This document shows, piece by piece, positions 7,612-15,208 of a DNA stretch of 16,927 bases. Below the pieces are notes generated by a model. That model saw only the letters and a list, made by a program, of their open reading frames with translations, was not told where the DNA came from and made no database searches. This DNA is from an uncultured bacterium (GTDB taxonomy: Bacteria; Babelota; Babeliae; Babelales; JABCYS01), in NCBI GenBank assembly GCA_963705705.1, contig CAVPKK010000008.1, positions 1 through 16,927 of the forward strand, written 5' to 3'. Each line of letters begins with the position of its first letter. Within the stretch, counting starts at the first letter, position 1. The translations under genes and the position numbers were made by a program.

Positions 7612-8400
7612 TTAATAATACTTTAATTTTCCCGTAGGTGCCTTATTTTTCTCGGGTATGGGAACTATTTCTGGCTTGCGCCGACGGAGAGTGTTCATAT
7701 TTGTTTCTTGTTCTTCTTTTTCTTTTTCTTCGGTCGGTACGAAGGGTTGCTTTTCTTGTTGAGATTCTTTTTGCCTATGGCTACCTGTCGTTATACGATT
7801 AAGAAATTCAGGATCTGTTATCATGCGATTAACTAATTCGACATCAAGAAGATCAATAATATCTTTATATCCTTTGACTTTTGCTGCTGTCCAAGCCGTG
7901 GCGTTCCTTTTGTTTGCTAAAAACATATCTGCTCCATGACTGAGCAATTCCTTTATAATATGAGTATCGCCTTGATCTGCGGCAAGAAGCAAAGCTGTTT
8001 GACCAAACTCATCGGTTGCATTGACCTCAGCCCCATGACTGAGAAGCTTTTTTACCAATTCTAAGCGATCATTACTTGGCTTAAGATCTTTAAGAGCAGT
8101 TGTTAATAGAGTATCGCCCATATATTTAATATTAGGGTATGCGCCCTTGTCGATAAGCAAATTTGCTATCGGATAATCTTTATTAATGATTGCAACAAAA
8201 AGCGGCGTGCGACCGAGCTTGTCCCAAGCATTAATATTGGCGCCACTTTCAAGTAGTGCATCTACTAAAGTCTTGTTCCCAGCCATAACAGCATCGAACA
8301 ACTTTTGTTCGGCCTTTGTTTCGGCGTCAATGCCTTTCTGATGCATTGCATCCAATTGTCCAAAAGCAAATAGGACAAATAATAATTTTAAGATCTTCAT
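7612..8400 (-). CDS. Secreted ankyrin repeat protein
   Basis: Signal peptide ending LDA-M. About 4-5 ankyrin repeats (GRTPLFVAI, GDTLLTTAL, GQTALLLAA; GANINA, GAEVNA). Charged tail. AAGGA RBS on the minus strand at 8406-8410. Confidence 0.9.
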   Translation of the reverse strand: MKILKLLFVLFAFGQLDAMHQKGIDAETKAEQKLFDAVMAGNKTLVDALLESGANINAWDKLGRTPLFVAIINKDYPIANLLIDKGAYPNIKYMGDTLLTTALKDLKPSNDRLELVKKLLSHGAEVNATDEFGQTALLLAADQGDTHIIKELLSHGADMFLANKRNATAWTAAKVKGYKDIIDLLDVELVNRMITDPEFLNRITTGSHRQKESQQEKQPFVPTEEKEKEEQETNMNTLRRRKPEIVPIPEKNKAPTGKLKYY

Positions 8401-8433
8401 TCTTATCCTTTTTTTAAATTTCGGATTAATGTC

Positions 8434-8463
8434 ATCCTATCAAATGCAAAGTCCCGTAAGCAA
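8434..8463 (-). promoter_or_regulatory. Putative promoter of the ankyrin gene
   Basis: Minus strand TTGCTT-N18-TAGGAT with a TG extension. Confidence 0.4.
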
Positions 8464-8499
8464 TAGATGAAACAGAACATCTCAACATTATGTTGCCTA

Positions 8500-8549
8500 A
8501 TCTGACTGATGCCATTGCCGTTACCTTGTGCGGTCTATGGAAAGGGCCA
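8500..8549 (+). repeat. 50-bp direct repeat, copy 2 (orphan ruvC 3' fragment)
   Basis: ATCTGACTGATGCCATTGCCGTTACCTTGTGCGGTCTATGGAAAGGGCCA. One synonymous difference (ACT/ACC, 7539/8525). The frame stays open to TAA 8598-8600. Confidence 0.95.
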
Positions 8550-8555
8550 GCGGAC

Positions 8556-10418
8556 TTACGGTTGGAACAACTTTCGAAACAAAAGCCGACTTTTAAGTAA
8601 TGCAGAAGAAGGCACTTCCTTACCATAGGCCTGATACAACATGCTTCGCCAACCGCGTGGTAGATCCCAATAAATACGCTTTATATCTGGGCTAACTTCT
8701 ACCTTCTGATCATGGATTATCTTTTCAAGTAACTGGATTTGCGCCAGGGAAAGTTTCAGTAAGTCTAAATTGATGTCCCATATCGCTAGCTGCCCTTGCT
8801 TGTAACCTACAACAATTTTTGTGCTTTCAGGTGACCAAGCAATTGTATTAATTTCATTTTTATATCCTTGGCTACCAAAGGAAAGTATCTTTTCATTGTT
8901 TTGCATATCCCATATATCAATGTTGGCCTGGTTCCACGGTTTTGCTTCACTTAACGGGCTACGTGTGGCAAGAAGTTTGTCATTCGGGGACCATGCAACA
9001 ACCATATCATCAGAATTAAATTGGGTCACAATTTGGTTTGAAATGCTATCCCAAATGGCTATTTTTTTATTGGCTGAGAGTGCAAGTTTTGTGCCATCAT
9101 GCGACCAAGCCATTGATATTGCTGCTAAGGTAGATGCCATATGATATTCAAGGAACCGATTGTTCCATAGGCCAAATCTGTAAATAACATTGCCAGTTGC
9201 TACATCCTTTATTTCTACATCTGATGTTTTGCGCAGAAATGGTGGCGGACCTGCAACACCGAGAAGCGGCATAAATGGGTTCGGTGGCAGCTCGTCTACA
9301 TCTCGATCGAGATCGAACACGGTAAAATCTGCAATGCGCCGAGCATGAGGGGACCAAGCGACAACGCGATAATCAAAGTTCGCAGGTTGGGCCACCTCCT
9401 CTAATTCTTCATCTGTGCTCGCATCTAAAAGCAATAGTTGTGAACTTGTTGCTACCGCAACATGAGTATCTTCATCAGCCCAAGCAGCCGAAGCAATATT
9501 AAAGACAATCTTTTCATTGATTAAGGCCCCGCTTGTTGTATTCCATATAGTAATATGTAAATCTGTTGCGGTTAGCAATTTTGTATCATCGCTTGACCAC
9601 TCAATCGTATTGATGGGACTTAAATATGGATTGGGAATTACAAATTTTCTTGTAGCCAACTCATCAATTATTATTGTGCCATTGCTCAGACCAAAAGCAA
9701 TGCGTTTTCCATCATGTGACCAAGCAACTCGTGTAATAGCCGTTTCTTTTCTATAAATGGTAGTACCGTCAAATAGTATGCTGCTTGGTTTATAATTCGC
9801 CTGTATAAATGATTGTAGCGTTTTGTTTCGGGCAACGATCAATTGGGTTAGCTGCGCTTGTATTGAATCTGGCAATGATAAAATATCGTCAATATATTCT
9901 TTATCATCGTGATGCTTGGCAAACTCTTTAGTCATCTCATATGCCATCACTTTTTCTAGTGCTGGTATATCAAAGTAAATGGCAATATGCATGAGCATCA
10001 CCATTCTCTTCCAGGATGGCTTTTCCGCAAAGAGTAATTTATGGAGAGCCTGCTCTGCAGAGGTTGGATGTTCGGCAAGAGCACGCAATATATCGCGCAA
10101 GTCTTCAAGACTCACATCATTTTTCAGATACCATGCCATAGAGGAGTTTGAAAGCTTTGTTATATACAGCTTGATTGGAATGTTTTGGACCTTTGGATGA
10201 AAGTGCATTTCAGCCGAAAGTAGTCTGGATTGATCAAGGTATTTTTTATCGAATTCAAGCGATTGGCCGTTTTCCAAAACAAGATTATAAGCTTTCGCTG
10301 TTTCCCGTTTAGCGATTTCTGTTTTCTCTTCAAGTGATTGCGCGGCGGCGTCGCTTGCAGAAATTATCTGGCCTGACCACAAAAATAGGACAAGTAGGAT
10401 GATGTAAATCCGGTTCAT
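8556..10418 (-). CDS. Secreted WD40 beta-propeller protein with Skp1/BTB-like and F-box-like N-terminal region
   Basis: Signal peptide. Repeated VAWSHDG, IEWSSDD, VAWSPND, IAWSPES ... IWD/IWN motifs. N-terminal segments LMHIAIYFDIPAL and ILSLPDSIQ. Confidence 0.85.
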   Translation of the reverse strand: MNRIYIILLVLFLWSGQIISASDAAAQSLEEKTEIAKRETAKAYNLVLENGQSLEFDKKYLDQSRLLSAEMHFHPKVQNIPIKLYITKLSNSSMAWYLKNDVSLEDLRDILRALAEHPTSAEQALHKLLFAEKPSWKRMVMLMHIAIYFDIPALEKVMAYEMTKEFAKHHDDKEYIDDILSLPDSIQAQLTQLIVARNKTLQSFIQANYKPSSILFDGTTIYRKETAITRVAWSHDGKRIAFGLSNGTIIIDELATRKFVIPNPYLSPINTIEWSSDDTKLLTATDLHITIWNTTSGALINEKIVFNIASAAWADEDTHVAVATSSQLLLLDASTDEELEEVAQPANFDYRVVAWSPHARRIADFTVFDLDRDVDELPPNPFMPLLGVAGPPPFLRKTSDVEIKDVATGNVIYRFGLWNNRFLEYHMASTLAAISMAWSHDGTKLALSANKKIAIWDSISNQIVTQFNSDDMVVAWSPNDKLLATRSPLSEAKPWNQANIDIWDMQNNEKILSFGSQGYKNEINTIAWSPESTKIVVGYKQGQLAIWDINLDLLKLSLAQIQLLEKIIHDQKVEVSPDIKRIYWDLPRGWRSMLYQAYGKEVPSSALLKSRLLFRKLFQP

Positions 10419-10587
10419 GTGTGTTTTCCTTTTTTATGCAAATCTTTCATCCGAGGATAGCATTTCTTAGATTGCGAATGCTATAAAAGCCTTTATTTAA
10501 GCTTGATAATCACTTTTGTAAACAATGGCCATGGCTTGATCGGCAGGGTTGTTCCATTTTGCTTTCAGACATAAGCAGCCAATTATC

Positions 10588-10617
10588 TTGCAAATTAACC
10601 CCGCTCTTCTTTACAAT
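10588..10617 (+). promoter_or_regulatory. Sigma70-like promoter TTGCAA-N18-TACAAT
   Basis: TTGCAA 10588-10593 and TACAAT 10612-10617, the same hexamers as at 4146-4174. Confidence 0.5.
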
Positions 10618-10688
10618 GAGTAACGAATATAAAATTCCACAATTATGCAAAATAATACAACAAGCTACCAGCAATAAAGGATTTAGTG

Positions 10689-11021
10689 ATGAAGAACGCA
10701 GTCAAAATAACAACAGTAATACGCTTTCTAATGAGCGTGCTTTTTGCCCAACAGATATGCGCAATGCAAAATCAGCAACCCCAAGATCTTGAAACTATGG
10801 CTCTTGAGCAATGCAAAATAGTTGAACAAGAAATCGGTCTTAAGTGGGACGGCTGTGTCGATTGTATGAAAGGTTTACTCCGTGGTCTTATGGAAGATCA
10901 AGATGAAGGCGCAGATAGAGCTGGCTTTGAGGAATGCATGCAAAAAAGCTTGACGCAGCAGTACAAATCCGACCCTGAGAAGCTAGAAAAGGTTAAAGCA
11001 AGATTTACCCCTAAATTTTAA
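10689..11021 (+). CDS. Small secreted hypothetical protein with 4 Cys in the mature region
   Basis: AAAGGA RBS, signal ending ICA-M, and EQC...GCVDC...EEC pattern. Start is either GTG 10686 or ATG 10689. Confidence 0.7.
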   Translation: MKNAVKITTVIRFLMSVLFAQQICAMQNQQPQDLETMALEQCKIVEQEIGLKWDGCVDCMKGLLRGLMEDQDEGADRAGFEECMQKSLTQQYKSDPEKLEKVKARFTPKF

Positions 11022-11036
11022 TACGAGGTTATAGCA

Positions 11037-11951
11037 ATGAAGAGATTCACATTCGCGCTCGGTGTATTACTAATTAGCACCGTAGCACAATCAGCAACGC
11101 CGAAAGTTCTTATCTGGGATTTGGGCGATACCTTATTGAAGGTCGATACTGCCAAAGCGCTCAAGCAGTTCGGCAACGTTAATATGCCTGCATACATGGC
11201 TACATTTCTTATGGCTCGATGCTGGCACAATGTGACTTGCAAAATAATGGGTAAAAGTGAACGACCTGATTTGGCTGACTTTAAAAATCATATGAAGGAA
11301 CTGTTTTTAAACACGCTTTCTCAAATTCCTTCAGGGTCTTACGACGAAAATAAAAAATTTACACCATTTGAGCAGCCTTCGTATGAGACGTTCGGCTCTG
11401 ATGGTAAACCATTACCACCCGTGCAACGAGATTATTTGATTGGCAAGTTAAACAGCAATGCAGCGCTTAAACTGATTGATGATTGGATAGCCGTAAATCC
11501 CAATAAATTTGCGCATAAACTGCAACGATCTATTTTCCGCGCCAACTGTGATTTATATTTTGCGCACTACGTCGATTGCTGCAAATACACCAAATTGTAT
11601 GATCTGTTTAAAAAGTGCTACGAAGCAAAAGATGAGCAAGGCAATCGCTTATACACCAACGCAATTCTTTCAAACTGGCAAGCAGATCTTGAACCTCTCA
11701 GGAAAAAGTTCCCCGAGATTTTTGCATACAGTGATATGCAAGTTTTTTCTGGCGTAACCGGCCTATCTAAACCGCATCCCACCTTATTTGAGATGATCCG
11801 CAAAAAATTTGATGATAAACATGATCTTCAATGGCTATTTATCGATGACATTGAGGGCAACATTAAGGCTGCGCCTAAATATATTACCGGCGTACTCGTT
11901 GATAACGTTGATCGTGCGCATAAGGAATTAGAAGAAAAGTTGCTGGAATAG
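11037..11951 (+). CDS. HAD-superfamily hydrolase/phosphatase with signal peptide
   Basis: Motif I LIWDLGDTL, motif II ILSN, motif III SKP, motif IV FIDD. GAGG RBS. Signal peptide ending AQS-A. Confidence 0.85.
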   Translation: MKRFTFALGVLLISTVAQSATPKVLIWDLGDTLLKVDTAKALKQFGNVNMPAYMATFLMARCWHNVTCKIMGKSERPDLADFKNHMKELFLNTLSQIPSGSYDENKKFTPFEQPSYETFGSDGKPLPPVQRDYLIGKLNSNAALKLIDDWIAVNPNKFAHKLQRSIFRANCDLYFAHYVDCCKYTKLYDLFKKCYEAKDEQGNRLYTNAILSNWQADLEPLRKKFPEIFAYSDMQVFSGVTGLSKPHPTLFEMIRKKFDDKHDLQWLFIDDIEGNIKAAPKYITGVLVDNVDRAHKELEEKLLE

Positions 11952-11975
11952 CGAAACTTAATATCGATAAAAGGT

Positions 11976-12671
11976 CTACCGCAAATAAACTAAATCCGAG
12001 TTCAGCCTAGGATTTTGGCGTACATCAAAATATTTAATTTTGGGCAGATTTTTGAACAGCGAGGGCAATGTTGTCAAATCATTCCCGGATAGATTTAAGA
12101 TTTCAAGCTCATATAGTTTTTCCAGGCTCGATGGTAATGATACAAGTCGATTAAAAGATAGATCAAGGCAGTTAAGTTGCTTTAGGTTACCAATGCTATC
12201 GGGAAGCTTTGTAATCTGATTATTAGATAATTTAAGATTGCGAAGGCTTGTTAATTTGCCAATGCTTTCCGGAATGATTGGAATGTCATTGTTTTCGATT
12301 ACAAGAACTTTCAGGTTTTCAATTCCTGGCACCTCGTCAATGCCATCCAAATCTGAAAGAGGCCGTGCTTGTTCGATGGCATCTTTTAAATATGAATCCT
12401 CAGGAGAATATCTTTCGGCATTACAAGGCTTTACCTCATCCAATCCATAGTAATGATAATACAGCTCGTAGTTGGGTCGAATGCCCGGTATTAGTTCTAG
12501 CATGCCGTTGGCAACCTGCAGATCAATGTGCTCTTTGTTGTTGGTATAGTATTCGTGAAATGATATAGGAGCGATTGCTGGCGACGTAAAATCAAAGGCG
12601 GTGCTTGCGAAGATTTGTGCCGATCCAGCAAGGGTGAACAGGGTAATAAATATGATTTTGTTGAGCTTCAT
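11976..12671 (-). CDS. Secreted leucine-rich repeat protein
   Basis: Signal peptide (AQIFA-S). About five 23-aa LRRs, e.g. LRNLKLSNNQITKLPDSIGNL. Confidence 0.9.
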   Translation of the reverse strand: MKLNKIIFITLFTLAGSAQIFASTAFDFTSPAIAPISFHEYYTNNKEHIDLQVANGMLELIPGIRPNYELYYHYYGLDEVKPCNAERYSPEDSYLKDAIEQARPLSDLDGIDEVPGIENLKVLVIENNDIPIIPESIGKLTSLRNLKLSNNQITKLPDSIGNLKQLNCLDLSFNRLVSLPSSLEKLYELEILNLSGNDLTTLPSLFKNLPKIKYFDVRQNPRLNSDLVYLR

Positions 12672-12829
12672 ATTGGAATCCTAAGTTGGTATGTAAGTGC
12701 CAATAATATTAGCAGACTTAGGTTCTCGCTCAACCGGGGTGGGTATAAATAATGAATTCTATGGCTATTAAACCTAGATTGGGAGGGCGTATTGGTCAAT
12801 AAATATAGGATGAAATTCCCGGTGTGCCA

Positions 12830-12864
12830 CCATTTGACTGTATATAGTAAAAAGCCATGCTGTT
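12830..12864 (+). promoter_or_regulatory. Putative promoter TTGACT-N16-CATGCT, motif shared with 4776-4810
   Basis: CCATTTGAC-N-G-N8-AAAAAG-N-CAT-N-CTGTT, 48 nt before ATG 12913. Confidence 0.4.
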
Positions 12865-12912
12865 TAGATGCCAAATAAGAAGGCGTTATTAACCCCAAAA
12901 ACAGTGGTAATC

Positions 12913-15186
12913 ATGAAGCTATTTACATCAAGCCTCAAATATCTACTTTTCACACTACTAAATCCCATTTTCCTGCAAGCATCATCAGTGCCCGGCACGA
13001 GTGCAACTTCTGCCAGTGGCAGCCAATCTGTTAGTGGCCAGCAGCCAAGCCGCCAAGGCCAATCAGATCCCGAGGAAAAGGATAACGACCATAAAGAGCA
13101 GGAATTAGCAATCCAGCAACCTCAGATCACAACAATTGATCAACTAGCGAAAGAATTAATCCAGCTGTTACGCAGTCCTTCTTTGGGCGAAATTTGTAAT
13201 GTAATGGACCATCTAGATCTCTTATTGGCTGACCTGCCTTTACTGGAAGCTATCGACGAGGGTGATCGTAGTAAAATTGCGCAGCTTATCAAAAGCAAAA
13301 AGTGTGACGTTAATGCACCCGATGTGCGTGGTCCATTTTTGCTTGCATTAAACAGGTTTAACTTTGATCGTAAAGACCTTCCAGCGCTTCTGCAATGCTG
13401 TATCGAAAAAATGAAGCATAAGCGCCCCAAGCCACTGACTGCCTCTGAGATACAAGATATAAAGAAGTCTTGGCATGGGTTTACACCGATTATGAAAGCG
13501 GCGGCAGCGGGAGACAAAGATCTTGTGATCTTTTATATGGATGAAAGTGCAGATTATATGAAATCGATCTGCTTTGACACATTAATCAATATAAAGGATG
13601 GGCATGCCATAATTAATGGTCGGGCACTAGTATGCGCGCTAGAAAGAGATATTAACCAGAAGAAACACACTTTTGATGATGCTGAGAACCAAAAAATAGT
13701 GCCGGAACAGATTCGGTTAATTGAGGCTTTTATATCAGCTTCAGAAAATAGAGATAGTCATAATGCAAGGTTTCATATTAAGCATTGTGTGTGTTGTGGC
13801 ACCTTTGAATTAACTAAATCGCCTGATGCTTTGCAATTAGCCGCTATTGGCGGACATAGCGAAGTAGTGGAATTATTACTCAACACAATAATGAGTAAAC
13901 AATCAGATGATGGTAAATGGGTTAGTCTTTCTAAGGCAATTCATAAACTGTTGGCGTGGTCCATGGTAGCTCAAAATGTAGATACTAAAACCGCGCATAT
14001 ATTATATACAAATAGTGGTATACCCATAGAACCAAAAACCGGTAACTACCACGCGATCATGCGTAGTTTGGTAGAAAAATTCATTCCAGAATGTGATCCA
14101 CGATCGCCTGCTGGCATAACTCTCATACGCGATGCTCTGGAATGCGGGACCACCGATATGTTTCGGGCCATCTGTGAAGCACTTGCTGAAAAAAAATTAG
14201 AAAATGAATGGGAACAGCGAATTTATGATCATGGCCAACAAAGTTCAAGCCTAATTTATTCAATAAATAATGTTGAAAAAATAGCCATATTACTTGCAGC
14301 TGACAGCCTTGCTTCATACAATTACGCAATGCTTGAGGCACATACTATTCCTTACAGAGTAGGGCTTGCATTACTCAACGAGGTGCCAAGAAATCCAAAG
14401 TTGCTCTATGGCCTTAAACAATACGTGCGTAGGCAACTTGATCTTAGAGAAGTGCCCGACGAAATCCCTCGAGAAGTTGCAAATCGCATTTCTAATACCT
14501 GTAATGATCTTGCACATGTTTTTGGGTATGGCCAAGACATGGACTTGTCATCACAAAATCTAGATTCATTACGGTCCGTACTGAATTCATGCATGGATCC
14601 CATTATTTATAATAACAAGAAAGCAGATCTACGAAATTTATTAATGGATGGTGGCTGCAAATCGTTGGCAATTAAACAAATCATTAATCAAGAACTAGCT
14701 CATCGGCCAATTGATATAACAACTCCTAGCGGACTTAGAGGCGTGCCATTGTTTAGTTATTTTGATGATGAATCTGGGCAGAAACGGAGCACTATGTTTT
14801 TGTTGTCATCCGGCGAACCGGCCGCCAAACCTATAGCTCCGGCAGTCTATCAACTTTGCTATCCTCGGTTTGCATTAGAAGGTTTAAAAGATCAGCATGC
14901 GCGCACCGAGATCTTTATGCGCGGCATACAAACGATGCGTAATAAATTAAATGAATACCTGCTGCCTGATCTTACGACCATTGTTGAGGGGTATGCATCA
15001 TTGTATTTGCCTGCAACTGTTATCCAACATTTTCTTAATGCTGATGATGAGCAACTAATGCTCCAGGAACGAATATTAACCTTACCTAAGCAATGCCAAC
15101 GACGTATCGCTCAGTTGTATGTCGGCAGCAAAAAATATGCTGCGAAACTAATTAATGATAAGAAGGCAAGCCCGTTAAATGCGTAA
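12913..15186 (+). CDS. Large secreted protein with dispersed ankyrin-like repeats and a C-terminal F-box-like motif
   Basis: Track ORF 12868-15186. ATG 12913 matches the paralog's start. Motifs FTPIMKAAAAGDKDLV, DALQLAAIGGHSEVVELLL, PLLEAIDEGD...DVNA, and LLPDLTTIVEGY near the C-terminus. Confidence 0.8.
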   Translation: MKLFTSSLKYLLFTLLNPIFLQASSVPGTSATSASGSQSVSGQQPSRQGQSDPEEKDNDHKEQELAIQQPQITTIDQLAKELIQLLRSPSLGEICNVMDHLDLLLADLPLLEAIDEGDRSKIAQLIKSKKCDVNAPDVRGPFLLALNRFNFDRKDLPALLQCCIEKMKHKRPKPLTASEIQDIKKSWHGFTPIMKAAAAGDKDLVIFYMDESADYMKSICFDTLINIKDGHAIINGRALVCALERDINQKKHTFDDAENQKIVPEQIRLIEAFISASENRDSHNARFHIKHCVCCGTFELTKSPDALQLAAIGGHSEVVELLLNTIMSKQSDDGKWVSLSKAIHKLLAWSMVAQNVDTKTAHILYTNSGIPIEPKTGNYHAIMRSLVEKFIPECDPRSPAGITLIRDALECGTTDMFRAICEALAEKKLENEWEQRIYDHGQQSSSLIYSINNVEKIAILLAADSLASYNYAMLEAHTIPYRVGLALLNEVPRNPKLLYGLKQYVRRQLDLREVPDEIPREVANRISNTCNDLAHVFGYGQDMDLSSQNLDSLRSVLNSCMDPIIYNNKKADLRNLLMDGGCKSLAIKQIINQELAHRPIDITTPSGLRGVPLFSYFDDESGQKRSTMFLLSSGEPAAKPIAPAVYQLCYPRFALEGLKDQHARTEIFMRGIQTMRNKLNEYLLPDLTTIVEGYASLYLPATVIQHFLNADDEQLMLQERILTLPKQCQRRIAQLYVGSKKYAAKLINDKKASPLNA

Positions 15187-15208
15187 TCAGTGACTACTTA
15201 GAATAATC

